From contig JBBRAB010000008.1 in the NCBI GenBank assembly GCA_038207155.1, positions 27,709 to 91,708 on the forward strand: a stretch of 64,000 bases of DNA, read 5' to 3'. Below are positions 10,582 to 20,114 of this stretch, one piece after another. The notes beneath the pieces are model-generated. The model worked only from the letters and a program-made list of their open reading frames with translations, was not told the DNA's origin and did not search any database. Within the stretch, counting starts at the first letter, position 1. Each line of letters starts with the position of its first letter. The stretch comes from Polyangiales bacterium (GTDB taxonomy: Bacteria; Myxococcota_A; Polyangia; Polyangiales; Polyangiaceae). The position numbers and the translations under genes are program-made.

Positions 10582-13197
10582 TCAGCGACCCGTGCGTCGA
10601 CGCAGCAAGGAGAGGCCAAGGGCGAACGCGACGAGCAGGCCGCCGAGCTCCGAGCCAGAGCGACTCGTGCGGCAGTTGCAACCACCGCCCAAGACCTGAC
10701 CCGAGTCGGCCCCACTCGCCGCGCCTGCTGCGCCGCCATTGCCCGCGGTGGTGATCGGATGACCCGATTTGCCTCCCGTAGCGGACACGCCACCTGCGCC
10801 TCCCTGAGCGACGGGTGAAGGGCCGCGAGCGAAGGCAACATCGTCGAGCTCGAAATCCACCGTCTGCCCAGCACCCCACTGCCATTGAAGTGCGTAGAGA
10901 GCAGAGGGCTCGACGCGAGCCGAGAGCGGACTTCCGAAGCCCTGCTGCCTGAACGCAGACCACGGCAAAATCACCTCCTGCCAATCCGCGGTTGCTTGAA
11001 CCGTGGCCAGGAAATGATCAAAGCAGCTAGTGCACAGCTTGGATTCCGGCTGCGTTTGTGCCGATACCAGCATCAGACTGAACGTGCTCGGGGTGGCGGT
11101 TTTAGTGCGGATCCGGAAGCGCAATCCGGTGTACTGCGAGGCGTCGTAGGTCTGCCAGGCCGCGGCCCCGTCCTTGTTGAGCTGCACGCCAACGCCGCCA
11201 CCCCAAACGGTGAAACCCCGGGAGATGACCTCTACGGAATGCTTGCTTTTGTTGGCCCCGTCGGCACTGGACAGAGGCCCCGTGGTCGTGCCGGTCGTGC
11301 CGTCGTCAAAGACGTACCAACGGCCCTTGCGCCCCCCTTGCGGTAGCACGGCTAGATCGCCGTCCTCAAGATCGTCGATCACGTCCGGGGTGCCGTCGGT
11401 GTTGCCGCTGAACGTTCCTCCGGTGTTCGGCGTGCCACCCGTGCCCGTGGTGCCGCCCGTGCCCGTGGTGCCACCCGTGGTGACCGCTCCGCAGCTGGAC
11501 GGCGCATCGGTCACCGCTTCAAAGCTTGGTGCCGCGGCACTGGGCGTCACCGCGCCGGCCAAGGCATAGGTCAACGCCGCATTCCAGTTGATCGCGATCT
11601 CGTTGGTCTCGTAGCTCGCTTGAATATCCGACCAGTTGGTGGCGCTCGAACCACCGCCGACGAGGTAGCCCGGATAGGGCGCGCCCTGCGCGTCCGAGCC
11701 CGAGCGGCGGTCGTGCGGGAACATCGGCGGCGCGACACCGATGCCGGTCACCTGCGAGCGACCGTATTGATTGCGACCGAGCAGGTAATCCACCTGCGCC
11801 GCGCAGACCTCCGCGTAGCGCGCATTGGGGGTCACTTCGTTCGCAGCATTGAGGACCAGGCAACTGCGCGCGAGAACCCCGTTCGAACCCCACCAATGGT
11901 TGGGCATCAGACGACCATAGAGACTCGCATCGTGGTTGGCCACGAGCCCGTTGGCTGCGCCAACCACGGCAGTCTTTAGCGCGGAGACCACGGCCGGAGC
12001 CTTACCGCTGCGCGGCGAGCGCAAATAGGTCACCACCCCGAGATCCGCGACATCGCCCCAGTCAAAGGTGGCCGCGACGCCTTTGGCGCCCATGCCGGTG
12101 ATGCGCGTCTCAAAGTCCTTGAGAGCGGCAGCGTCACCCGTGGTTTCCCACATTTCAGCGGCGGCCCAGGCGCGATCGTCCGGATCGGTCGTACCGTAGC
12201 CACCCGTCTTGAACGCGGACAAGTCCGCATCGTGATTAGCCGGATTTTTGACGAGCCAAGCGTACGAAACCTTGGCGGCGTCAAGATACGTCGTGGCGAG
12301 CGCCGCGTCATACGGCGTAAAGGCGCGCGAGGCTTCCGCCAACATCGCCACGAAGTCGGCCGTAGCCGCCGTGCCGTACGGCGCATAGTAATGCGCGGGG
12401 CAGTCTGCCGCGGGCGGCACAAATCCTGAGAAATCAAGCCCGCTCAGCTTGTGGGAGACCCGTCCATCGGCGGCCGAGTATTGCATCGGCAGGAGCCAGT
12501 CGAGCTCCCATTTGATCTCGTCCAAGTAGTCCGGGAACTTGCCGCCTTGTTCCGGAAGCCAGAGCGGCACCCCCGACAGCGTGGCGCTGTGCTCCTCCCA
12601 GGCCTTCAACAGCATCCCCAACGTCACGCCTGCGTTAACGACGTATTTGTTGTAGTCGCCTGCATCGTACCAGCCATGAGTCGCCTCACGCGTAACGCCC
12701 ACCTGACCGAGGTAATCGAGCAATCCGTCGCGCAGATGACCGGCGCCATGGTGCCAGGTGGTGCCCTTCCAAGTGACGGTGACCTGGGAGCCAGCACGCC
12801 AACCGTAGAGCCCCAGCATCGAGAGCAGGTAGGCCTCGTTCAGCGCGCCGTCGCCGATCACGAAATTCGGCGATCGTCCCACTCCGGGGACGTCGAGGTA
12901 ATACGTTCCTGGAGTCGTCAACGTGGAAAAGTCGAGACGGCGGCCGCTCTGCGCGACCACCGCATCGACCACGTTGCCCGAGAGAGTCCCGGCGAACGCC
13001 ACCGAGTCGTCGATCGCGCTACGCACCGAGAAAGCCGTCGCGCTGGTGGTCAGCACGGACGCCACCTTCATGCGCGCCGGCTGATACCCGACGCTATTGA
13101 GGCGAATATCGCTATTGGCCGCGAAGGCAGAGGGTGCGGCGACAACAAGCAAAGCAACGACTAAGGACGAGGAAAACCGGCAACAATTCCTAAGCAT
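10582..13197 (-). CDS. GH9 endoglucanase with N-terminal Ig-like domain, CBM11-like module and MYXO-CTERM anchor
   Basis: Signal peptide (VVALLVVAAPSAFA). GH9 motif HGWYDAGDYNKYVVNAG. Thr/Gly linker (GGTTGTGGTTGTGG). Beta-sandwich module (VIDDLEDGD...LQWQWG...FELDDVAF). Tail GGGCNCRTSRSGSELGGLLVAFALGLSLLRRRTGR. Confidence 0.9.
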   Translation of the reverse strand: MLRNCCRFSSSLVVALLVVAAPSAFAANSDIRLNSVGYQPARMKVASVLTTSATAFSVRSAIDDSVAFAGTLSGNVVDAVVAQSGRRLDFSTLTTPGTYYLDVPGVGRSPNFVIGDGALNEAYLLSMLGLYGWRAGSQVTVTWKGTTWHHGAGHLRDGLLDYLGQVGVTREATHGWYDAGDYNKYVVNAGVTLGMLLKAWEEHSATLSGVPLWLPEQGGKFPDYLDEIKWELDWLLPMQYSAADGRVSHKLSGLDFSGFVPPAADCPAHYYAPYGTAATADFVAMLAEASRAFTPYDAALATTYLDAAKVSYAWLVKNPANHDADLSAFKTGGYGTTDPDDRAWAAAEMWETTGDAAALKDFETRITGMGAKGVAATFDWGDVADLGVVTYLRSPRSGKAPAVVSALKTAVVGAANGLVANHDASLYGRLMPNHWWGSNGVLARSCLVLNAANEVTPNARYAEVCAAQVDYLLGRNQYGRSQVTGIGVAPPMFPHDRRSGSDAQGAPYPGYLVGGGSSATNWSDIQASYETNEIAINWNAALTYALAGAVTPSAAAPSFEAVTDAPSSCGAVTTGGTTGTGGTTGTGGTPNTGGTFSGNTDGTPDVIDDLEDGDLAVLPQGGRKGRWYVFDDGTTGTTTGPLSSADGANKSKHSVEVISRGFTVWGGGVGVQLNKDGAAAWQTYDASQYTGLRFRIRTKTATPSTFSLMLVSAQTQPESKLCTSCFDHFLATVQATADWQEVILPWSAFRQQGFGSPLSARVEPSALYALQWQWGAGQTVDFELDDVAFARGPSPVAQGGAGGVSATGGKSGHPITTAGNGGAAGAASGADSGQVLGGGCNCRTSRSGSELGGLLVAFALGLSLLRRRTGR

Positions 13198-13475
13198 CGA
13201 GGTCGAAGTCCTTCCGTATCTCGACCTCGGGGCATGGGCCGAGACGCGAGCGGGGGGAACGGGTCGCTAGCGCTCAACCACGAGCGCCGGTCGACGAGAC
13301 TCCGATTGTAGCCGATCGCGTCCCTACCGGGCTTGTACTCGCTTGACGCCCAACCGGTATCGAGAGTCCGCGGCGACCATGTGGCGACAAGTTTCCAACG
13401 CAGTTGGGGACGCCACCACGATAGGCGCACAGTATCCGACAGACAGCACAGTCCCCGACGCGGCGCGGTTGCGGA

Positions 13476-13499
13476 CCTCACGACGTCGAGATCGTGAGG
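13476..13499 (-). terminator. hairpin downstream of the DUF438 ORF
   Basis: CCTCACGA (13476-13483) pairs with TCGTGAGG (13492-13499) around an 8-nt loop, about 50 nt past the stop at 13551. No U-tract. Confidence 0.3.
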
Positions 13500-13550
13500 C
13501 CCCCCAAGCTCACGCGTCGATCGTGTCGTCGAGCAGGCGTTTCTGCCCAG

Positions 13551-14299
13551 TCAGCTTCTGTCGGCCGCCTCGCGACTGCCCGCCTTAAAGTCCGCAATGA
13601 TCTGCTTGACCATGTGGACGCTCTTAGACGGTTGGCAGTTTTCCACGCCCATACCGAGCGCTGAGCGCTGTCGCGGAAATATTTTGTCCTGAGTTTCTTG
13701 ACTGAAATAGCGCACCGTGTCGTCCGCGTCGACGAACGACAACTCAACCGGGAGGGTGTCGAGCATGGCGGCCATCACGGCCGGCTCGAGCGCATAGGAG
13801 AGTGGCTCAAGTCGCGCGTCGGCGGTAATCTTCTGAGCCAGGGTGTGATAGCGCTCGCGGGTATCAGCGCCCAGCGCGGCCTCGCGCGCTTCGAATCCAG
13901 CGATCAGTCGTTCGCTCATACTCTCTGGAAATAGTCGAAGTCCCATCGGAAACAGGATGTCGTTTTCCTTTCAGAAATGCTGCTTCATCAGGGTCGAGTA
14001 ATCCTCGAAACACTGCTTGAGCTGCGGCAGAGTTCCTTGTGTCCGCGGGCATAGGCACGCCCATCGCGCTCAAGTTGCGCGAGCAGCTCGCGATTGTGTT
14101 CGTGCTCTCCGAGCATGACCGCCAACGGGCCACCGTGACTTGGCACCCCCGCCGCCTCCAGCGCGGGGAACGGGTGTCGTTCCTCTTTCTGATGATGACA
14201 ACCCTCGAGGTACTGGGAGAAAAAGTCAAGCGCCGCAGAGATGAGAGCAGGCTCGCGACCCACGGAGTGACTAAAGCCGCGTTCAAGCGCTTCGATCAC
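13551..14299 (-). pseudogene. hemerythrin-DUF438 protein gene, disrupted (frameshift near 14029-14038 and in-frame TGA at 13971-13973)
   Basis: ORF 14299-13988 carries the first HHE half (CHHQKEERHPFP, MLGEHEH) and then reads nonsense. The other frame reads LPQLKQCFEDYSTLMKQHF-TGA-KENDILFP. It continues into ORF 13946-13551, which has DUF438-like motifs (SFVDADDTVRYFSQ, VENCQPSKSVHMV). Confidence 0.6.
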
Positions 14300-14646
14300 T
14301 AACGTTACCGCCGGGCGACCTGACGGGCGTCAGCCGCGTTGCCCCTGCAGACCCCCGAGGCACTCAGAGGGCTCGGTCGCGACCGACCAAGGGGTGGTGC
14401 CGGCAATGGCCAGACGAGACTTTCGCCTGCGCGCTTGTGTGGTTTTGCCCCGCCGAGCGGGATTTGCGCGGCGGTCCCCTTGCGAGCCGTCAGGCCATGC
14501 GCATGTTGCTGGAGTCGCAACAAACTAGCCTCCGCAGTCCTCCTGACAGCGGACAGCCCCCATCGTCGTGCGTGCCGAGGCCGAGGTGCCGAATGCCGCG
14601 TGACCCCAACCCAAAGCTCCCAGCAGATCAATTGGAGAGATGAGTC

Positions 14647-15126
14647 ATGCACGTCTTGAGTTTGACCCCCAGCTGCGTTCCTCATGCCCAGCGAACCACC
14701 GCCTCATGGCCACTTGCGTTCTCGCTGCTTCGACGCGAGCTCACGCGTCAGCTTGCCGAAACTGAGCTAAATATTCCGAACAAACCCGCGATTCATAGTC
14801 GTGAAACCGAGGATGCACTCATTCTGAATGTCGCGCTCCCGGGCGTTACAGTGGAAGGCTTGGAGATTACCGGCAAAGAACAAGAGCTCACGATCCGCGC
14901 AAAGCGCACGGTCGATGTCCCCGAAGGCTATCGCGCCCTGCACCGTGAACGCAGCTCACTTGAGTTCCAGCAAACGCTGGAGCTGCCCGCATCCGTTGAT
15001 GCCAGCCAGGCAGCAGCTCAACTGATCCAGGGCCAATTGACCCTCACGCTACCGAAAAAGGCCGCGAGCAAGCCCCAGCGCATCAACGTCACTAGCGGCC
15101 CACCCGGCGCCACCGTCACCCCCTGA
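14647..15126 (+). CDS. Hsp20/alpha-crystallin family small heat-shock protein
   Basis: Alpha-crystallin core (LILNVALPGVTVEGLEITGKEQELTIRAKR...GQLTLTLPKK). GGAGAG lies about 9 nt upstream of ATG 14647. Confidence 0.8.
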   Translation: MHVLSLTPSCVPHAQRTTASWPLAFSLLRRELTRQLAETELNIPNKPAIHSRETEDALILNVALPGVTVEGLEITGKEQELTIRAKRTVDVPEGYRALHRERSSLEFQQTLELPASVDASQAAAQLIQGQLTLTLPKKAASKPQRINVTSGPPGATVTP

Positions 15127-15230
15127 TTCACAGGCCATTTCCTCGTCAACCAGCCCCGAGTTCCACCTCTGCTCCCGTCATGGTTTGTGGCGGCGTGACC
15201 ACGTCGCCTTCCGAACGAAAGAGACTCATT

Positions 15231-15560
15231 ATGCATCCCACTTGTGCGCAGAACGCCTGCTTGAACCAGTCCCCTGTCGTCGATCTCTATGAGAGCGACT
15301 CCAACTACCTGCTCGTCGCCGAGCTGCCGGGAGTGAGCCCGCAAGGGATCACTATTTCGCTGGAATCCCAGGAACTTCGCGTTGAAGCTCGCCTCCAACC
15401 AACCGAGCAAGGTCCGCCCGATTTCGCTCGCCGCTTCAAGGTGCCAAGGGAGATCGACGAGCAGAACATCGAGGCCGATATGCGAGACGGACTGCTCTCA
15501 GTGCGCCTCCCCAAGACCCCACAGGCGTCAGCGCGTCGCATCGAGGTGAAGGTCAATTAG
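15231..15560 (+). CDS. Hsp20/alpha-crystallin family small heat-shock protein
   Basis: VDLYESDSNYLLVAELPGVSPQGITISLESQELRVEA...DGLLSVRLPK. ATG at 15231 (track ORF starts at 15180). Confidence 0.8.
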   Translation: MHPTCAQNACLNQSPVVDLYESDSNYLLVAELPGVSPQGITISLESQELRVEARLQPTEQGPPDFARRFKVPREIDEQNIEADMRDGLLSVRLPKTPQASARRIEVKVN

Positions 15561-15676
15561 TGCCGACGCCGTCCGCTGCGCGCCGCCATTCCGACGAGGG
15601 ATTGCTCCGGTTTCCGCCACGCGCCTGTGCGTGACCGAGGAAACCGGAGCACCGAGCCCCCACAGGGCCAGCTCGA

Positions 15677-17764
15677 TTACTTGGCGGGCTTGGCTGCCGC
15701 GGGCTTCGTCGCGGACGGCTTGTCGGACGGCTTGTCCGCTGATGGCTTAGAAGGTTCGATCGGCTTAGTCGCAGACGGCTTGCCCGAGGCTGCGTCTGCG
15801 TGGGGTTTTCCGGGGGATTTACCGGGCTCTTCGGCGCTCGGGGCTGGGCTGCCATCGGCGGCGCCGGCAGCTGCCAAAGCGGGAACGGCGAGCGGCGACG
15901 CCCCTTCACTCGGAGCGCTGGCGCCCGGTTGCGCTGAGAAAGGAGGACGACCAGGGCGCCCCGTGGCGAGCTCATCGAGATAGGCGGCGACCCAGGCGAG
16001 CGGCGCGTTCCAATTGATCGCGACCTCATTGACGGCCCAAGCGTCCACGTTATCGATGTAACACTTCTGCACCGCGCAGCCATTGAGTCGACGCTTGGAC
16101 GTGGGATCCTGCAACTTGGAATTCGGTCCCCCGGCGAGCGCGCCCGGCGGCGGCATCGGACAGCGGTGTCCCCGCTGGTGGGCCCAGAAGCGATGATGCG
16201 GGTTTTCCAGCGAGCGTTCGCCGTAGCCTGATACGTACGAAAATCCGAGGGGATTGCGCCCGAGCAGGTAGTCCATGGCGTCGACGACTGCCGCCTTGAA
16301 CTCGCTGCGATTGGTCAGATCTGCGGCCAGCGCAAGCACCAGCGCATTGTTCGCAACAAATGAGCTAGAGCCCCAAGGATAGTGATGGTCGCTTCCGGCC
16401 TCCATAGGCACCGGATAGCCACGACGTTTGTCGAGCGTTAGATAGCCCTCGGCGGCCGTCACGAGCGCGGCGCGCAGCTCGGCGAGGTCAGCTGCCGGCA
16501 ACTGGTTTGGTACGAACGCCAGCGAGATTGCACCAAGAGCCTGAGTCGACTGCCAGCTAAAGCTGGTATTTTGCTCGGTGTGCTCGTGACCTACTTGGTG
16601 CGGGAATTTGCCGAAGTATTTGCTCTTTCGCAGATAGTCGAGCAGGCGCGGGTCGCCGAGCGTTACGTAGAGCTCCGACGCGGCCCAGAAGAACTCATCG
16701 CTCACATCGGTGTCATCGTATGGACCGCCACCGTCCTTGCTCATGGGTGAGGCAAGGAGGTTCGGGAACTTGAAAGCGGCATTCCACCCGCGCACCGCCG
16801 CGCTGCGGCAGCGCCCCGCAAAGGCGGGATCGAGCTCACGCCAAATCCGCGCGCACTGCGCCCCCACTGCGACGAGATTCAACGTCGCGGCCGTGCTCGG
16901 GGGATAGAGTCGCCTGGTCGCCGAACGCTCCGCGGGGGTTAGCCCAAGCGGCGTCCAGTAGTTGTCGTGCACCTTGTGGTGCGCCAGTCCCGCCTTCTCC
17001 TGGCCTTCTGGCACCTGCATAGCGAGCAGAAATTCGACCTCCCAGCGCGCTTCGTCGAGCAGATCGTTGACGCCATTACCCGACTCGGGGATCTTGAGCT
17101 TACCGTCGTTAAAATCCCCCAGGCTGGTGCCGATGGCTTTCTCACGCTCGTAGAGATTGAGCAGAGTCCAGACGGCGATCCCCCCGTTGACGACGTATTT
17201 TCCGTGGTCGCCGGCATCGTACCAGCCGCCTTTGACGTTGAGCGAATAGTCACACGTCGTGCCAACGCATCCGACCTTACTATCGGAGACGTGCCCCGCT
17301 GGACGCGTCAATTTGAAGTCTCGCGCCCAGGGCATCGAAATCGGGATACCGCTGCGGTTCTGGTAAAAGTACGCGAGGGCATCGTACTTGAGCTGGTGAT
17401 AGAGCTCCGGCTCAATGTCGAAGGGATCACTTTGGTCGGCACCGACTCGGAGTCGTAGGCCTTTCTGCGGCTGATGTACGCCGCTCAAATCAATCCAGTG
17501 AACCTGATCCCCGCTCTCAGGATCGGGACCGCGGACAACTGTCACGCCTTCACTCACGACGTCACCACCTTCATTGACCAGCTGCCAGCTCTGTGGCGCG
17601 CTCGAGGCGCTCTCGAGCACGGCACGCTTGGGCTGCTGAGGGAGGTAGCCCGCCTGATTGACGTGGATATGCGAGGTGGTCGCACTACCGCAGGCGAGGG
17701 CCAAAGCCCCAGCGGTCAGGAGTCCACAGTAGCGGGCCTTGGGGAGCGGAACGACGGGTGACAC
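15677..17764 (-). CDS. GH9 glycoside hydrolase lipoprotein with N-terminal Ig-like domain and Pro/Lys/Ala-rich tail
   Basis: GH9 motif GGWYDAGDHGKYVVNGG. The GTG at 17764 gives a lipoprotein signal (PLPKARYCGLLTAGALALAC). Tail repeats KPSATKP / KPSADKPSDKP. The track ORF extends to TTG 17830. Confidence 0.85.
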   Translation of the reverse strand: MSPVVPLPKARYCGLLTAGALALACGSATTSHIHVNQAGYLPQQPKRAVLESASSAPQSWQLVNEGGDVVSEGVTVVRGPDPESGDQVHWIDLSGVHQPQKGLRLRVGADQSDPFDIEPELYHQLKYDALAYFYQNRSGIPISMPWARDFKLTRPAGHVSDSKVGCVGTTCDYSLNVKGGWYDAGDHGKYVVNGGIAVWTLLNLYEREKAIGTSLGDFNDGKLKIPESGNGVNDLLDEARWEVEFLLAMQVPEGQEKAGLAHHKVHDNYWTPLGLTPAERSATRRLYPPSTAATLNLVAVGAQCARIWRELDPAFAGRCRSAAVRGWNAAFKFPNLLASPMSKDGGGPYDDTDVSDEFFWAASELYVTLGDPRLLDYLRKSKYFGKFPHQVGHEHTEQNTSFSWQSTQALGAISLAFVPNQLPAADLAELRAALVTAAEGYLTLDKRRGYPVPMEAGSDHHYPWGSSSFVANNALVLALAADLTNRSEFKAAVVDAMDYLLGRNPLGFSYVSGYGERSLENPHHRFWAHQRGHRCPMPPPGALAGGPNSKLQDPTSKRRLNGCAVQKCYIDNVDAWAVNEVAINWNAPLAWVAAYLDELATGRPGRPPFSAQPGASAPSEGASPLAVPALAAAGAADGSPAPSAEEPGKSPGKPHADAASGKPSATKPIEPSKPSADKPSDKPSATKPAAAKPAK

Positions 17765-17890
17765 CCCCAACCCCTGCCCTAAGCCGTCGACAATGACAAG
17801 CCTGTTCCCGCTAGAACTTCCCTGGAGCAAAGAGCAGCAGAGTGGGTGACAAACCCGTACGCGGCTGGCTATGCTGCGACCCGACCCATC

Positions 17891-19720
17891 ATGCGCGTCG
17901 CGCTGCTCTACCCACCACCCTGGAAAATTGCGCCCGTCGAGGCGCCCGCCTATCTCGAGGACGGGCCACCACTGGATTTCGCCGAGGGCGACCTCGATGC
18001 GGACTTCTTCCAGGTGCCCTACGGCCTCTTGTCACTGGCCGCCCAAGCCACGGCCGCGGGGCATCAAGTCAAGATCGCGAACCTCTCCAACTATCCTTGG
18101 AATCAGGTGGAGGCGTTCCTGGCTGAGCTCGATGCGCAAGTTGTGGGACTCTCCTGCTGGACGGCGAATCGTCGTGGGGTTGCGCTCGTTGCGCGCGAGC
18201 TCAAGCGTCTTTCCCCGCAAACGCAGATCGTGATCGGTGGCCCGCACGCCACGCCGCTAGCGCGTGAGATGCTCGAGCACCACGCGGAGATCGATACTGT
18301 TGTCGTCGGCGAGGGCGAGCAGACCTTTCTGGAACTGCTCGACCGCCTAGAGCATCGTCAACCCCTCGCGGGCCTGGCGGGCGCGTGGATTCGGCATGAC
18401 GGGGAGCCCAAGGCTGGCCCGCCCCGCGCAGCCATCGCGCAGCTCGATGACCTCGTTTCGCCCCACGAGCTCTTTGGGACGCACATCGTCATGACCTCGC
18501 GCGGTTGCCCCTGGGCCTGCACCTTTTGCGGCGCGGAAACCAGCTGGGGGCGCGGCTTTCGCGGGCGCTCGATCCCCAAGGTGCTCGACGCCCTCGAGCA
18601 AGCCCTGGAGCTGGTGCCGGTCAAGATGTTGCTCCTGAAGGACGACACCTTCACGGCCAACCGCAAGCGCGTGTTGGAGCTGTGTGACGGCATCCTGAAG
18701 CGCAACCTCAAGTTCCTCTGGAGCTGTGACACCCGCGTCGACGTGCTCGGCGAGGAGCTGCTGCACGCGATGCGACTCGCGGGGTGCGAGCGACTCAGTC
18801 TTGGCGTGGAGTCGGGTTCGAGTCAGATCCTGACGGCCATTCACAAGAAGATCACCACGACGCAAATCCTTGAGGCCACTGCGGCGGCCAAAAAATTTGG
18901 CGTCAAGGTTCGCTACTACATGATGCTCGGCAATCGCGGTGAGACCCGCGAGACCTTCCGAGAGACCCTCGATTTTCTGCGTTCCGCTCGTCCACACCAG
19001 TACGTATTTTCCTGCCTCAGCGTCTATCCCGGCACCGAGGATTTTCAAGCGGCTCGCCAGCTCGGTTGGCTCGAACCGCAGCGCTATTTCGAGGAGTCCT
19101 TCCAAGAGCTCAAGGTTCCGTTCGACGCGACCCCGGAGTTTACGGCTGAGCTCAACAGCTGGTTCGAGCAGAACCGCGGGGTGCAGCGGGACTACCGCGC
19201 GGGCGTCGAGGAACTCGAAGCAACCACCGCGCGACTCGACGGCCATCACGCCGCCGAGGTGGAACTGGCTGAGGCCTTGATCGTTGCCGGGTGCTACGCC
19301 GAGGCGGAACAGCACCTCAACTTGGCCGAGCAGCGTGGCTACCCCCTCCCGGGCATCCTGCACAATGCACGCGCTTGCATCGCCCACGCGCAGGGGAACT
19401 ACGAGCAGGTGAAAAATGAGTTCGTGACGGCCGCTCGCAAGGATCCACAACACCCGATCTTGCTGCGCAATGCCGCCAAGGTGCAGCGCTGGTTCCAGCA
19501 GGGCGGCCCGCAAAATGCGCTGCCGCTCAGCTTGGAAATCGAGCATGATTTTGAGCTACTGGAGCGCTGGAACCAGCCAATGCTGCCAGGGCCGCTGCCT
19601 TCGAACTGGCAGGACTGGTCGAGCGAGAATACTATCACGCCTAGTCGCCGCGCCGAGCACGCCCGCAGTACCCCCCCAGCGGACGGCCTCATCAGGCTGG
19701 GCCTTAGGCGCGATAGCTAG
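17891..19720 (+). CDS. B12-binding-domain radical SAM protein with TPR-like C-terminus
   Basis: N-terminal B12-binding-like region (MRVALLYPPPW...VVGLSCW). Radical SAM cluster motif CPWACTFC. C-terminal helical repeats (AEALIVAGCYAEAEQHLNLAEQRG). Confidence 0.85.
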   Translation: MRVALLYPPPWKIAPVEAPAYLEDGPPLDFAEGDLDADFFQVPYGLLSLAAQATAAGHQVKIANLSNYPWNQVEAFLAELDAQVVGLSCWTANRRGVALVARELKRLSPQTQIVIGGPHATPLAREMLEHHAEIDTVVVGEGEQTFLELLDRLEHRQPLAGLAGAWIRHDGEPKAGPPRAAIAQLDDLVSPHELFGTHIVMTSRGCPWACTFCGAETSWGRGFRGRSIPKVLDALEQALELVPVKMLLLKDDTFTANRKRVLELCDGILKRNLKFLWSCDTRVDVLGEELLHAMRLAGCERLSLGVESGSSQILTAIHKKITTTQILEATAAAKKFGVKVRYYMMLGNRGETRETFRETLDFLRSARPHQYVFSCLSVYPGTEDFQAARQLGWLEPQRYFEESFQELKVPFDATPEFTAELNSWFEQNRGVQRDYRAGVEELEATTARLDGHHAAEVELAEALIVAGCYAEAEQHLNLAEQRGYPLPGILHNARACIAHAQGNYEQVKNEFVTAARKDPQHPILLRNAAKVQRWFQQGGPQNALPLSLEIEHDFELLERWNQPMLPGPLPSNWQDWSSENTITPSRRAEHARSTPPADGLIRLGLRRDS

Positions 19721-20078
19721 TCATCGCTAGCCGATTGCCCTCGGGATCGCGAAAATACAGCGAATACTCGCTCTCGGACTCCACCGCCGCTCCGAGCCGC
19801 CGCAGGCGCTGTCGCCAGGCTTCGCGCTCCGCTGCGCGCATGGGAAACGCGAGCAAAAAGACTCCTCCGCGGGAAAACACCGGTTGGCTCGCTGGAGACT
19901 CACTGCGCTCGAGCATGAGAATCAGCGAGCCGAGTTCGAGCCAGATCGAGCGAAGCGACCCGTCAGCGTTGTGATGACGCTTGAGCTCGCGCAGTTCGAG
20001 CAACGTTTGGTAAAAACGCGCCATCGCGTCCAGGTCGATCGCGCCAAGCGCGAGGTGATGAAGCGAGCTGGCACTCAT
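19704..20078 (-). CDS. VOC (glyoxalase/bleomycin-resistance) family protein
   Basis: 124 aa. N-terminal LHHLALGAIDLDAMARFYQ and C-terminal YFRDPEGNRL, typical of the VOC fold. Confidence 0.7.
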   Translation of the reverse strand: MSASSLHHLALGAIDLDAMARFYQTLLELRELKRHHNADGSLRSIWLELGSLILMLERSESPASQPVFSRGGVFLLAFPMRAAEREAWRQRLRRLGAAVESESEYSLYFRDPEGNRLAMTSYRA

Positions 20079-20114
20079 GGGCGTTCTCGGCGCTCTCTTG
20101 TGCGAAAAGGTGGG

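Noticed and set aside
13971-13973. Selenocysteine recoding of the in-frame TGA in the hemerythrin motif (and pyrrolysine for the TAG at 53643-53645)
   Set aside because: Only a weak 5-bp GGAAA/TTTCC stem starts 2 nt after the TGA, which does not resemble a bacterial SECIS. The same gene also carries a frameshift. No sel or pyl genes are seen. The TAG sits in a non-catalytic linker position of the GH10. Nonsense mutation or sequencing error is more parsimonious.
14300-14646. CIRCE or HAIR heat-shock operators upstream of the hsp20 pair
   Set aside because: No TTAGCACTC-N9-GAGTGCTAA or CTTGAGT-N7-ACTCAAG match is present. I found only a short dyad TGTTGC-N7-GCAACA (14504-14522), which is too weak to call.
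18347-19546. Long antisense or alternative-frame ORFs (for example 18347-19546, 22698-23870, 41914-42924, 8034-8903, 497-1165, 36741-37718)
   Set aside because: Each lies opposite to, or out of frame with, a gene carrying strong domain motifs. Each is rich in Arg/Ala/Gly/Pro, as expected for shadow ORFs in about 70% GC DNA.
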